A model generated the notes under the pieces. It had not been told where the DNA came from. It saw nothing but the letters and a program-made list of their open reading frames with translations, and ran no database searches. From Deltaproteobacteria bacterium (lineage in GTDB: Bacteria; Desulfobacterota; Binatia; UBA12015): a stretch of DNA of 64,000 nucleotides. Shown here in pieces: positions 27,851 to 37,626 of this stretch. The stretch covers positions 53,522 to 117,521 of the forward strand of contig JAYGCM010000069.1 of NCBI GenBank assembly GCA_046583355.1. Direction: 5' to 3'. The position numbers were made by a program, and so were the translations under genes. Numbering within the stretch: position 1 is the first letter of the stretch; the number at the start of each line of letters is the position of its first letter.

Positions 27851-28894
27851 ATGGTACTCGACCTCGGCAAAGGCTGGCTCGGTAATTTTTTTGAGGACTT
27901 TGAGCTTGGCAAGGAGCAGGTCTGCGCACCGCCGCGTGCGATCGGTGCGCCCGAGAGCGCGCTGCATATCGCCACGACGAATGACCGTCAGGCGCGCTTC
28001 TGCGGCGGCGAGGGGCGGATGCACCCCCTGGTGGTCTTCCACACCGTCATCGGGCAGACCGTCCGCTATATCTCGCTCAATTCGCCTGCCAACCTGGGCT
28101 ACTCCAAGATGATCTGGCGCGCCCCGGTCATGGCCGGCGACGAGCTGACAACGACGATCCGCATTGTCGGCTTGAAAGAGAACTCCAACGGCAAGACCGG
28201 CAATTGTTTTGTCGAGACGGTCGGGCGCAACCAGCGAGGCGAGGTTGTTCTCGAATATACCCGTTGGGTCATGGTGCGGAAAAAAGACCATGGCACGCCG
28301 ACCCAATGGCTCGAAGGCCCGGTGACACCGAGTCTGGCCGCGCAGGTCGAGGTCGATGAGTTGCCGGAGTGGTCCGGCGCCCTCGCTACCGCCGAACAGA
28401 CCGGCGGCGCGTATTTCTTTGAAGATTATGAGGTCGGCGAGCGGATCTTCCACCATGACGGCATGACCGTGAACCACACGGACCATATGCAATATACCCG
28501 TCTATGGCAGAATTCGGCGAAAGTGCATTTCGATGCGATTCTGACCAAGGGCAAGCCGTTGGTTTATGGCGGTTTCCCCTTCTCGATTGCCTACGCGCAA
28601 AGCCTCAATGGCTTGGAGAACCGCTCGGGTATGGTCGCGATGAATGCCGGGGCGCACGCGAACCCCTGCTATAGCGGCACCACGATTTATTCGTTCACCG
28701 AGGTGCTCGAGACGCACGATCTCCCCGGCAAGCCTTATGGTGCGTTGCGCCTGCGTCTGGTCGGTGTTCAGGATATGAATCCTGCCGACAATAAAGATTT
28801 CGTGATCGGCGAGGAGGCGAAGGGGCGGATGAAATACGATCCGCGCGTGCTCCTCTGCATGGATATCTGGGAACTTATGCCGAAACGCGGCTGA
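27851..28894 (+). CDS. mch: Mesaconyl-CoA hydratase (double hot-dog MaoC family)
   Basis: NFFEDF, ISLNSPANLGY, GLKENSNG, RWVMVRK, TRLWQNSAKVHFD, NAGAHANPC, GALRLRLV match Mch as I recall it. Confidence 0.8.
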   Translation: MVLDLGKGWLGNFFEDFELGKEQVCAPPRAIGAPESALHIATTNDRQARFCGGEGRMHPLVVFHTVIGQTVRYISLNSPANLGYSKMIWRAPVMAGDELTTTIRIVGLKENSNGKTGNCFVETVGRNQRGEVVLEYTRWVMVRKKDHGTPTQWLEGPVTPSLAAQVEVDELPEWSGALATAEQTGGAYFFEDYEVGERIFHHDGMTVNHTDHMQYTRLWQNSAKVHFDAILTKGKPLVYGGFPFSIAYAQSLNGLENRSGMVAMNAGAHANPCYSGTTIYSFTEVLETHDLPGKPYGALRLRLVGVQDMNPADNKDFVIGEEAKGRMKYDPRVLLCMDIWELMPKRG

Positions 28895-28903
28895 GCGCCG
28901 ATA

Positions 28904-28946
28904 CGCAAATGCCACCGGCGGCTCGGGCCGCCGGTGGCGTATTGCG
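28904..28946. terminator. Hairpin/bidirectional terminator between convergent mch and pilA2
   Basis: GCCACCGGCGGC-TCGG-GCCGCCGGTGGC perfect stem; second hairpin at about 28950-28977. Confidence 0.65.
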
Positions 28947-29008
28947 CCCACCTGCCTGGCGGCTTGCGCCAGACAGGTGCGGATTGCGCTGGGGGCACGG
29001 GTCGCAGG

Positions 29009-29362
29009 TTATTGGAGGCCGCCGTTGCCGGAGTTCCAGGTGTAGACGGTCGGGCTGCTGGCGTGGGTTCCGGTGGCCACGAAGGTGCCGTCGCCATTAT
29101 CGGTGATGACCACGGTCACGCCGGGCGATTGGCGGAAGCCCGTCACCGTCGTCGGGTCGGTATTGTAGGAGGCGTTGGCCGCGAACCATGCCTCCTCCGC
29201 CGACGCGAGGTTGCGCAGATCCGATGAGGCCCGCGCATCGAAGCCCTGCTGCCGGTAGGCGCTGAACTGCGGAATCGCGATCGCCGCCAGAATGCCGATG
29301 ATCGCGACGACCACCAGCAATTCGATCAATGTAAAGCCTTTTTCGTTTTTCCTCATCAACAT
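29009..29362 (-). CDS. pilA: Major type IVa pilin (copy 2), 108-aa mature
   Basis: MLMRKNEKG|FTLIELLVVVAIIGILAAIAIPQFSAY; SD AAGGAG; 79/108 mature residues identical to copy 1 (hand count). Confidence 0.92.
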   Translation of the reverse strand: MLMRKNEKGFTLIELLVVVAIIGILAAIAIPQFSAYRQQGFDARASSDLRNLASAEEAWFAANASYNTDPTTVTGFRQSPGVTVVITDNGDGTFVATGTHASSPTVYTWNSGNGGLQ

Positions 29363-29424
29363 CACCACATCTCCTTCGTCCATTTCGGGAAGGGCCGCGC
29401 CACGCGACCCGCAGCCAGTTGCCT

Positions 29425-29440
29425 CGCAACCCTCGTGCCG
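29425..29440 (-). promoter_or_regulatory. sigma54 promoter of pilA2
   Basis: Minus strand CGGCAC-GAGGG-TTGCG (GG-N10-GC). Confidence 0.7.
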
Positions 29441-29677
29441 GACGGCGAGGGGGCAGGCGTGCTGCGGCGTTACGCGGCGGTGGCGAAAGCGTGTCGGGAT
29501 TTACCCCGGCATTACTAGGGGTTTATCCTTTGACGCATCGGCCCGGGCTTCGGCAGGCGCGTCCGCGATGGCGTTCGGCGTGGGCGCTGCTGGCACTTAT
29601 GCCAGCACAGGCGCGCCTGCGTCACCTCGCTGTGTTGCTCGGAATGCCGTTCGTCACAGGAATGCCTCTCCGTGCCT

Positions 29678-30172
29678 CTAGTGCCGGTCGACGCGCAGGA
29701 GGGCGGCTAGCGGTGTGATCCCGGCGATGCGCCAGCGCAGGTGGGGCCCCTTTTGCAGGATGAGATCGATATCCTGGCCGGCCGCATCAATCGTCAGGTA
29801 GGCGAGTTGGCCCTCGCGGCGCATATGCCACCAAGCTTCGAGGAACTCCTGCGGCGTGATGCGGATGCGGTTGCGCGGATCATCAAAGACGGTGCGAACC
29901 TGGCCGCCAGCCATCAAAGCGAGCGCCAGGTCGCCCAGGTCGAGCCCTTCGCGGGTGCGAGCCTGGCCCGAGGAGAACTCCGCAAGCGCCCGGCTAGCGA
30001 CCGCAGGGATATCGATCAATGCGGTGATCTCGTCGGTATTGTGCTGGTCGATGGCCCGGGTGAGCCGCCATAGGGCCCAGGTTGGTGTGGACGGAAGAAG
30101 CGCGATTGTCAGCCCGAGCCCGAGCGAAACGACCACTCCCGCCACGATGCCCACCCAGAATCCCCGCCGCAT
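29678..30172 (-). CDS. Membrane-anchored hypothetical protein (DUF2939-like)
   Basis: Single N-terminal TM, PTWALWRLTRAI...IDIPAV, C-terminal WRIAGI. Confidence 0.55.
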   Translation of the reverse strand: MRRGFWVGIVAGVVVSLGLGLTIALLPSTPTWALWRLTRAIDQHNTDEITALIDIPAVASRALAEFSSGQARTREGLDLGDLALALMAGGQVRTVFDDPRNRIRITPQEFLEAWWHMRREGQLAYLTIDAAGQDIDLILQKGPHLRWRIAGITPLAALLRVDRH

Positions 30173-30266
30173 GGCGAGACTATCGAGGATTTCGCTCGGC
30201 CCGTCCACTTTTGCCGGCGCGAGAAGGGGATTGCATGAGGGGGTGCGAGTTTCGTAGTCTCCGGGG

Positions 30267-31130
30267 GTGCGTATCGATCAGATCCTCAAGAATGGCGGCC
30301 CGGTCTTCTCCTTCGAGTTCTTTCCTCCCAAAACCGACGCGGGGCGGGTGGCGCTGGTTCGGACGATCGATGAACTGAAGCCGCTGAACCCCTCCTTTGT
30401 TTCCGTCACTTATGGAGCGATGGGCTCGAACCGCGGTCAGGTCATCGAGATCGTCAGCGAGATCAAGAACCAGGTCGGTATTGAGGCCATGGCGCATCTC
30501 ACTTGCGTCGGTCATACGCGCGCCGAGCTCGCCTCGGGCCTCGACGAACTTGCGGCCGAGGGCATCGAGAATGTGCTGGCGTTGCGCGGCGACCCTCCCA
30601 AAGGCGAGGCCTTCGAGCCGGTCGCCGACGGTTTTGCTTATGCCTCGGATCTGGTCGCTTTGATCCAGGAGCGCGGCGGCATCTGCATCGGCGGCGCGGC
30701 CTACCCCGAAGTTCACCCCGACGCGCCGGATGCGGCTACCGACCTTGCCAACCTCAAGACCAAGGCCGACGCCGGGGTGAATTTCCTGGTGACCCAGCTC
30801 TTCTTCGCCAACCAGGAGTATTTCGCCTTTGTCGCGCGCGCCCGCGCGGCCGGCATCGAGGTCCCGATCCTTCCCGGCATCATGCCGGTCACGAACCTCG
30901 GCCAAGTGAAACGCTTTACCGAGATGTGCGGCGCTTCGCTGCCGAGCGATCTACTGCGCCAGCTGGAGGCCGCCGGCGACGATGAGAGCGCGGTGCTCGA
31001 GATCGGCGTGCAGCATGCCGTAGCGCAATGTCGCGAGTTGCTGGCCGAGGGCGCGCCCGGCATTCATTTCTACACGCTGAACAAAAGCGCCTCGACCCGC
31101 GAAATTCTCACCCGTCTGCGCGCCGATTAG
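30267..31130 (+). CDS. metF: 5,10-methylenetetrahydrofolate reductase
   Basis: FSFEFFPPK, FVSVTYGA, AHLTC, LALRGDPP, AAYPEVHP, VTQLFF, GIHFYTLN. Confidence 0.97.
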   Translation: MRIDQILKNGGPVFSFEFFPPKTDAGRVALVRTIDELKPLNPSFVSVTYGAMGSNRGQVIEIVSEIKNQVGIEAMAHLTCVGHTRAELASGLDELAAEGIENVLALRGDPPKGEAFEPVADGFAYASDLVALIQERGGICIGGAAYPEVHPDAPDAATDLANLKTKADAGVNFLVTQLFFANQEYFAFVARARAAGIEVPILPGIMPVTNLGQVKRFTEMCGASLPSDLLRQLEAAGDDESAVLEIGVQHAVAQCRELLAEGAPGIHFYTLNKSASTREILTRLRAD

Positions 31131-32530
31131 ACCTGGGGCCAGTGCTGCCACGGACGCGCCTGCTCGAAGGCCCATGCGGCCTGTAGAACGAGGTCGTCGC
31201 GATGGCGTGGCGCGATGATCTGCAAGCCCACCGGAAGACCGGCATCCGAGAGGCCCGCGCGCACGGTCGCGGCCGGATGCCAAGAGAGGTTGAAGGGCAT
31301 GGTGAAGCTGCCGGCATTGGCCGGCGGCTGCTTGCGGCCTTCGGTCTCGCGGCTGAAGGGACCGGCGGCGGGCGGCGGGTCGTAGGGCACAGTCGGTGTG
31401 AGCAGCAGGTCGAAGCGCTCGAAGATGCTGGCACACCAGCGGTTCAGCTCCTCGCGGCGTAGCCGCATCTGGCCCCAGAGCGCCGGTGTCATCTGTGCGC
31501 CGGCCTTCACGCCGCGGATGAAGCCGCGGCCGAAATCCTCTTCCTTCTCGGGCAGAAGGTGCGAGAGTTGCGCCAATAATTCGAAGGCCCCGGAGATTCC
31601 CCAATCGCGTCCGGGCTCGGGCGGGCCGTCGTGGACTTCCTCGACATGGTGGCCGAGTTCCTCGAAGGCGCGCACGGCCTCGGCCGTGACGCGTGCGATA
31701 TCGGATTGTACGACCGCGAAGCCGAGATCGGCTGAGTAGCCAATGCGCAGCTTGGTCGGCAGGCTGCGCAAGATTTCGCGGTAGGAGAGGCCGGGGTGGG
31801 GTAGCGAGTTGGGGTCGGCCGGGTGCGTGCCGACGACGGCGTCCATATGCAGGGCGGCGTCTTCGACGGTACGCGTGAGCGGGCCGTGCACGGCCGTATC
31901 GTCCATCACCCAATATTGATCGGGGCCATGCGGAATGCGGCCGTAGCTGGTCTTCAAGCCGAAGCAGCCGGTATAGGAAGCAGGGATGCGCACGGAGCCA
32001 CCGCCGTCGCTGGCTGTGGCGAGTGCCAAGACTCCGCCCGCGATCGCCGCCGCGGAGCCGCCGCTGGAGCCGCCCGGTGTCTTCTCCAGATTCCAGGGGT
32101 TGCGCGAGGTGCCGAAGAGAAGATTTTTGGTCAGCGCCGTGTGGCCGAATTCGGGCGCATTCGTCTTGCCGATGACGATGGCGCCAGCCGCCTTGAGCCT
32201 TTGGATCTGGGTGGAATCGTGCTCGGCGAAATTGTCTTTGAAGGGCACGGAGGCATGCGTTGAGCGGAAGCCGACGGCGTCTTCGAGTTCCTTCACGCCC
32301 AAGGGGATGCCCTCGAGCAGGCGAGCCTCGCCGCGCGCGATGCGTTCGTCGGCCGTCGCTGCGGCGGCGAGCGACGCCTGGGGGTCGCCGATCTGGCAGA
32401 AGGTATTGAGGGTGCTCTGCGTCTCCTCGATGCGCTCCAGCGTCGCTTGCATGAGTTCGACGGCCGAGAGGTCGCGAGCCTTGAGTTTGGCGACGAGTTC
32501 GGTGAGCGGGCGGTAGAGTAATTCTTTCAT
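31127..32530 (-). CDS. Amidase signature family protein
   Basis: GIPLGVKE, GKTNAPEF, PGGSSGGSAAA, SDGGGSVRIPAS. Confidence 0.92.
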   Translation of the reverse strand: MKELLYRPLTELVAKLKARDLSAVELMQATLERIEETQSTLNTFCQIGDPQASLAAAATADERIARGEARLLEGIPLGVKELEDAVGFRSTHASVPFKDNFAEHDSTQIQRLKAAGAIVIGKTNAPEFGHTALTKNLLFGTSRNPWNLEKTPGGSSGGSAAAIAGGVLALATASDGGGSVRIPASYTGCFGLKTSYGRIPHGPDQYWVMDDTAVHGPLTRTVEDAALHMDAVVGTHPADPNSLPHPGLSYREILRSLPTKLRIGYSADLGFAVVQSDIARVTAEAVRAFEELGHHVEEVHDGPPEPGRDWGISGAFELLAQLSHLLPEKEEDFGRGFIRGVKAGAQMTPALWGQMRLRREELNRWCASIFERFDLLLTPTVPYDPPPAAGPFSRETEGRKQPPANAGSFTMPFNLSWHPAATVRAGLSDAGLPVGLQIIAPRHRDDLVLQAAWAFEQARPWQHWPQV

Positions 32531-32748
32531 CGGGCGGGATCCTCCGCCGGCGAGCCTATCATCGGGTTGGGGATCGTCTGCAAGCCCGCTTGTTCGACCC
32601 TTCAGCCCTCCAGGAGTCCGCACGGGCACCCGCCGCGGGCTTTGCTGCAGTGGAACTTGAAATAAGGGCGGGTACAGAGTTTTCTGGGGGAGTGCGCCCG
32701 CTTTTTATTTTTACGATCTCCCGGTGTCCCTCTCGGCTCCTTCGCCTG

Positions 32749-33627
32749 ATGGGTCTTCTGCTCGTCTTTTTGGCGGCGGCCTGCGGCGGCGATGTGCCGG
32801 CGGCCGATTTCTCCGGCGGCGACGCGCGCCAAGGCGCGAAGGTGGCGGCCGCGGCGGGCGGTTGTGGCTGCCATACCGAGAAGGCCGGGCCGCTCCTGGC
32901 CGGTGGCAAGGCGTTACCGACGCCGTTCGGAAATTTCTACGCGACTAATATCACGAACGATGCGAAAGAAGGGATCGGCGCCTGGAGCGCGGCGGAGATC
33001 GAGCGAGCCATCCGCGGCGGCACGCTGCCCGATGGCACGGTCGAGGCGCCCGTCATGCCCTATTATCGCTATGCCGGCATGGCCGATGACGATGTGCGTG
33101 ACCTGATCGCCTGGCTGCGCACCATCCCGCCATCGGATAGGCAAAATACGCCGCGCGAGACCTGGCTTCCGGCGGCGCGCCTGGCGATGCGACTTTGGCG
33201 GACCTTCTTCACGCATCCGGTTGAGGCACCTTTGCTGGCGCCGGTGGGAGCGTTGCGCGGTCGCTATCTGGTCGAGTCGGTCGCCATCTGCGGCGATTGC
33301 CATACGCCGCGCAACCTGGTGGGGGCGCCGCGGCGTGCGATGTTCCTGGCCGGCGCCACTGGGCTGCCGGGCGGCGCATCGGCGCCGAATATAACACCGG
33401 ATAAGGAAACCGGGCTGGGCGATTGGGATGAAGCCGATATCGTATCTTGTCTCGAGATGGGCATGCTCCCCAATATGGACAATGTGCAGGGTCTGATGGA
33501 GGAAGTGGTCGACGGCGTCGGCGGCGGGACCGGCTACGCCGATGCCGACCTGGCGGACCTCGAGGCGATCGCGCATTTCATCAAGGGCATCCCGGCCATC
33601 CGGCATTCGCCAGGTTCGTCCGAGTAG
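32749..33627 (+). CDS. c-type cytochrome lipoprotein (dehydrogenase cytochrome subunit-like, two heme sites)
   Basis: Lipobox LAAAC; CGCH and CGDCH; TPFGNFYATNIT, GIGAWS, MPY, RGRYL, APNITPD. Confidence 0.8.
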   Translation: MGLLLVFLAAACGGDVPAADFSGGDARQGAKVAAAAGGCGCHTEKAGPLLAGGKALPTPFGNFYATNITNDAKEGIGAWSAAEIERAIRGGTLPDGTVEAPVMPYYRYAGMADDDVRDLIAWLRTIPPSDRQNTPRETWLPAARLAMRLWRTFFTHPVEAPLLAPVGALRGRYLVESVAICGDCHTPRNLVGAPRRAMFLAGATGLPGGASAPNITPDKETGLGDWDEADIVSCLEMGMLPNMDNVQGLMEEVVDGVGGGTGYADADLADLEAIAHFIKGIPAIRHSPGSSE

Positions 33628-34824
33628 ATGGCGGGACTCTCCCGCGCGCGGATTTTTGCGGCCCTTCACGATCGGGATTATAGGCTCTTCTTCGTAGCCT
33701 TTCTGGTCAACCAGACCGGCTTCTGGATCTCGCATATCTCCCTGCAGGCATTGATTGCCGATATGAGCGACGGCGATCCCTTCATGGTCGGCTTGCTCTT
33801 TTTTTGTCTCTTCGTGCCCGCGTTCTTTCTCGCACCGATTGCGGGCGTGGCTGCGGACCGCTTCGATCGCCGCCGCATCATGATCACCGCCTATGCCCTG
33901 ATCGCCCTTTTTGTCGGTGGACTCGCCGTGCTGGTCGGCTCCGGTGTGGCGACGCCGCCGATGGTTCTTATGGTTGCCGTCCTGATGGGTATCTGTTTCG
34001 CCATGGGCGGTCCGGCGGCGGCTGCGGTCGCCGCTAACGCGGTGGACCGCGAGACGCTTCCCAGCGCGATCTCGCTGCAGGCCGCCGCAAATAATGTGAC
34101 ACGTGTGGCCGGGCCGATCTTCGCCGCGCCCTTTCTGGCTACCGGCCGCTTCGAGGTTTCCTTTGCCGCCTTCTCGGTCCTCTCGCTTGCTGCAATTTTA
34201 TTCTTGTTAAAGATGAGGCTGCGGCCCTATACGCCCGAGGTCGATGCCGGTGGCCTGTGGGATCGGATGCGCAGTGGCGTGCAGCATGCCCGTAGCCGCA
34301 AGCCTGCTGTTACGGCCTTGCTCACCGTGGCCGTGCTCGCCGGCTTCGGCGTCTCGCATGTGGCTCTGCTGCCGAGCTACGCGTTGCGGGTTCTGGGCGA
34401 CGAGAGTTATTATGCCTGGATTATCGTGGCACAGGGGTTGGGTGCTTTTGCCGGGGCGCTCGCTTCGGGCCGCGATCCGCATCCTTCGGTGAAGCGCGCC
34501 GGCCGCTTCCTGGTGGCCTATGCCATCTCGCTCTCGATGCTGGGCTTTCTGCCTTTTTTGCCGGTCGTGCTGGCCGCGGAGTTCATCGCCGGGTTCTTCT
34601 ATTTCGCGATTATGACGAGCATGCAGACGCTCTTGCAGCAGCTCGTCGACGAGGCCAGGCGCGGCCGCGTGATGAGCCTCTTCCAGATGGCGTGGGCGGG
34701 CATGTCGCCCTTTGGCGCACTTCTTCTCGGCACGCTCGGCAGCCTCTTCGGTATCCAGCAGGCGATCTTCGTGGCTTCCTCGGCCTGCCTCGGCCTGGGC
34801 CTGGTGCTGGCGCTTCGGCGCTGA
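33628..34824 (+). CDS. MFS transporter
   Basis: About 12 TM; GVAADRFDRRR MFS motif A; RGRVMS. Confidence 0.9.
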   Translation: MAGLSRARIFAALHDRDYRLFFVAFLVNQTGFWISHISLQALIADMSDGDPFMVGLLFFCLFVPAFFLAPIAGVAADRFDRRRIMITAYALIALFVGGLAVLVGSGVATPPMVLMVAVLMGICFAMGGPAAAAVAANAVDRETLPSAISLQAAANNVTRVAGPIFAAPFLATGRFEVSFAAFSVLSLAAILFLLKMRLRPYTPEVDAGGLWDRMRSGVQHARSRKPAVTALLTVAVLAGFGVSHVALLPSYALRVLGDESYYAWIIVAQGLGAFAGALASGRDPHPSVKRAGRFLVAYAISLSMLGFLPFLPVVLAAEFIAGFFYFAIMTSMQTLLQQLVDEARRGRVMSLFQMAWAGMSPFGALLLGTLGSLFGIQQAIFVASSACLGLGLVLALRR

Positions 34825-34865
34825 AGTTCAGCTGCGCCGCGCCGGCTCCTTTGGGCGCAGCCTGG

Positions 34866-36080
34866 TCAAGGCAAGCATTTTGTCGGCAGGGGGTGGCGGT
34901 AGAGGGCGGCCGCATTCTCGTGCGCGATCATGCGGATCTCGCGCTCGGGCAGGTCGCCGAGGATTGTCTTCATCACGGCCTGTGTGTCGGGCCAGGTGCC
35001 GTCGCCGTGCGGGTAGTCGGATTCGAAGAGAATATTTTCCACGCCGATCGTGTCGCGGGTGCAAATGGTGGAAGGATCGTCAATCATGCAGAACCAGAAA
35101 TTGCGGCGCAGGGTATCCGACGGGCCGAGATCGCCCGGCCAGCCTGCGCCGTAGCCGGAGCGGCTCATGATATTATCGATGCGGTCGATCAGCCCGGCCA
35201 CCCAGCCGATGCCACCTTCGGACATGGCGATTTTCAGGTCCGGATAGCGCGCCGGCCAAGCGCTCCATAGCCATTGGGCGCACGAGGTGACGGCCATGGG
35301 GTTGAAGAGAGTCGCGCCGAGTTCCAGCATCGGTGCGCCGGCCGGCATTTTGGCGAAACCCGACGACCCGACATGCAGGTTCAGCACGGTACCGGTCTCG
35401 GCGCAGGCGCGAATGATCGGCTCCCAGAAGGAGTCGAAAACCGGCGGGTAGCCGTGCTGGTGGGGTTGTTCGGGCAGGGTGACTGCCGTAAACCCACGTT
35501 TGGCATTGCGGCGAATCTCGGCGGCGCCTTTTTCCGGGTCGGCGAGGTAGGTGATGCCCAAGGGCACGATGCGGTCGGGGTACGAGCCGTACCATTCCTC
35601 GAAGAGCCAATCGTTCCAGGCACGCACGCAGGCAAGACCGAATTCGGGGTCTTCGGTCTCGGAAAAAAGGGTGCCGCCGAAGCCGGTGACTCCGGAGGGG
35701 AAATTCACCGATGCCCAGATGCCGCCGATGTCCATATCCTGGATACGCGCATGGATATCCCAGCAGCCGCGCCGGATCTCATCGAAGCGCGAGGGCTCGA
35801 CGCGGTGGTCTTCTTTGGGGCGCCCGGCGACCGCCATGAAGCCGACTTGGAAATAGGGCTTGCCCTCGATCATCCAGACCTCGTGGCCTTCTTCGGTCTC
35901 GATGACGCGCGGCGCCAATTCGGCGTACTTCGCCGGTAATCGACCCTCGAAGGTATGGCGCGGCTCCATCAGGTGGTCGTCGACCGAGAGCAGCGTATAA
36001 TGGACCTCGCGTTTTTTCGGGTCGGGCGGCAGCGGGCGGCTTACGGGACGTTTGATGCCGAGTTTTACGGGCTTCACCAT
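34866..36080 (-). CDS. Amidohydrolase family protein (Amidohydro_2)
   Basis: SVDDHLMEP, RAWNDW, NLHVG, SEGGIGW, FESDYPHGD; real start ATG at 36080. Confidence 0.88.
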   Translation of the reverse strand: MVKPVKLGIKRPVSRPLPPDPKKREVHYTLLSVDDHLMEPRHTFEGRLPAKYAELAPRVIETEEGHEVWMIEGKPYFQVGFMAVAGRPKEDHRVEPSRFDEIRRGCWDIHARIQDMDIGGIWASVNFPSGVTGFGGTLFSETEDPEFGLACVRAWNDWLFEEWYGSYPDRIVPLGITYLADPEKGAAEIRRNAKRGFTAVTLPEQPHQHGYPPVFDSFWEPIIRACAETGTVLNLHVGSSGFAKMPAGAPMLELGATLFNPMAVTSCAQWLWSAWPARYPDLKIAMSEGGIGWVAGLIDRIDNIMSRSGYGAGWPGDLGPSDTLRRNFWFCMIDDPSTICTRDTIGVENILFESDYPHGDGTWPDTQAVMKTILGDLPEREIRMIAHENAAALYRHPLPTKCLP

Positions 36081-36179
36081 GCCGACAGCTTTTGCTTGCT
36101 TCGAAGCACGGTGCAAGTTGCGTGGCGATTGCCGCCGCTGTGGTTGAAGCGCGCGGTCGTAATCAGCAGAAGGTGAGGG

Positions 36180-36983
36180 ATGGGATTCGCTGATGTTCAT
36201 GCTCACCTCACGCACCCCCGCTTTGCCGAGCGTCTGGCGGAGGTTCTGGCCGAGGCCGCCGAGGCGGGCGTCTCGACGATTCTCGTCAACGGCCTGAACC
36301 CGCGCGACAACGAAGCTGCACGCGCTCTTGCGGCGCGCGAGCCGCAGGTAAAGGCGGCCTTCGGCCTCTATCCGGTCGATGCCGTGCTGGCCGAGATGCG
36401 CGCGCTCGGCGTGGAGTACCCGCGCGAGGGTGAGGAATGTAGCGGCGAGGAGGGCCTCGCCTGGCTGCGCGCGAACGCCGCCGATGCGTTTGCGATCGGC
36501 GAGATCGGCCTGGACGGCTATTGGGTGCCTGAGTCTCTTTGGGAGGCCCAGGAGAAGATCTTTCGCGCCGCCGTCCAGATCGCACTCGATCACGATAAGG
36601 CGATCATCATGCATACCCGCAAGCGTGAGCGTCGCGCCTTCGAGATCTTGAAGGAGATGGGCGCCACGCGGGTCGATTGGCATTGCTTCAGCGGCAAGGC
36701 GAAACTCGCCCGGCAGATCGCCGAGCACGGCCATTGGTTGTCGATTCCGGCCAACGCGCGCCGCGCCGAGGGCTTCACGCGCATGATCGAGACGCTGCCG
36801 CGCGAGAAAATCCTGCTCGAGACCGACTGCCCCTATCTCTCGCCTGACCGCGAGCGCGCGAGCACACCCGCCGATGTCGCCGGCACGGCCGCCTACGCCG
36901 CCGAACTCTGGGATGTACCGATTGCGGCGGTGGAGGAGCAACTCAGCGCGAATTTCCACGCCCTCTTCGGCGTCGCGCCCTGA
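36180..36983 (+). CDS. tatD: TatD family hydrolase
   Basis: DVHAH, GEIGLD, IMHTR, WHCF, LETDCP. Confidence 0.88.
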   Translation: MGFADVHAHLTHPRFAERLAEVLAEAAEAGVSTILVNGLNPRDNEAARALAAREPQVKAAFGLYPVDAVLAEMRALGVEYPREGEECSGEEGLAWLRANAADAFAIGEIGLDGYWVPESLWEAQEKIFRAAVQIALDHDKAIIMHTRKRERRAFEILKEMGATRVDWHCFSGKAKLARQIAEHGHWLSIPANARRAEGFTRMIETLPREKILLETDCPYLSPDRERASTPADVAGTAAYAAELWDVPIAAVEEQLSANFHALFGVAP

Positions 36984-37007
36984 TACGGTGGGCCAGGTCT
37001 CGTCCTA

Positions 37008-37484
37008 TCAGGATTTCATCTTCACCTGCTCGGGCGTCTTGAATTTACCGCCGGCTTCGATCCAGCCACTAAAGACTCCGGGCGCATCTTTTTTGGGGTT
37101 GTAGATATCTTCTTCCGATCGCCAGAGCCCGCCGCCGCCGTAGAGCAGGCGGGACCAATTCGGGAAGCCGAAAGGTGTCCCATCGGGGCGGAAGGGCTCG
37201 GGGAGGTTGTTCCAGACCTCCCAGACGATGGCGCCGTGCTTCTCGTCGATGACCGACCAACCCTCCGGGAAGCTCATGGTGGGAAAGGGCGCCATCACGC
37301 CGCAGATCCATTTGCGAATCGCCTCGCGCCCCTGCAAATCGCCGTAGGCATGCTCGATATAATGCGCGTCCTCGGTGAAGAGGTCGGCCCAGAGGTTCCA
37401 ATTGCCCGTCTGCGATGCCTTGTCACGGATCCTGCGGTAATGCTGGAACGCTTCCAATAATTCTTCGCGCGAAAATTTTCCCAT
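37008..37484 (-). CDS. NTF2/SnoaL-like protein
   Basis: WADLFTEDAHYIEH, GREAIRKW, EEDIYNP. Confidence 0.75.
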   Translation of the reverse strand: MGKFSREELLEAFQHYRRIRDKASQTGNWNLWADLFTEDAHYIEHAYGDLQGREAIRKWICGVMAPFPTMSFPEGWSVIDEKHGAIVWEVWNNLPEPFRPDGTPFGFPNWSRLLYGGGGLWRSEEDIYNPKKDAPGVFSGWIEAGGKFKTPEQVKMKS

Positions 37485-37626
37485 CGTTTCTCTCCTGGCT
37501 TGCGGCGGGATCGCCGCGGGGACTCTTCTCGCGCAGTGCGCCGGATCGGTCAATCGTGCGGCGATCGGTCGTGATTGTAGTGGCCTCATCTCGCCTCGCG
37601 CAGGGGGCTGGGCTAGGGATGGAGGA

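Noticed and set aside
10957..29362. pilA2 as a silent antigenic-variation cassette or invertible-segment end
   Set aside because: pilA2 has a full leader, SD and promoter; synonymous divergence leaves only short identical runs; no recombinase in the window.
36081..36959. Long N-terminal extension of the 697-aa amidohydrolase ORF
   Set aside because: It is the antisense shadow of tatD; the amidohydrolase domain begins near ATG 36080.
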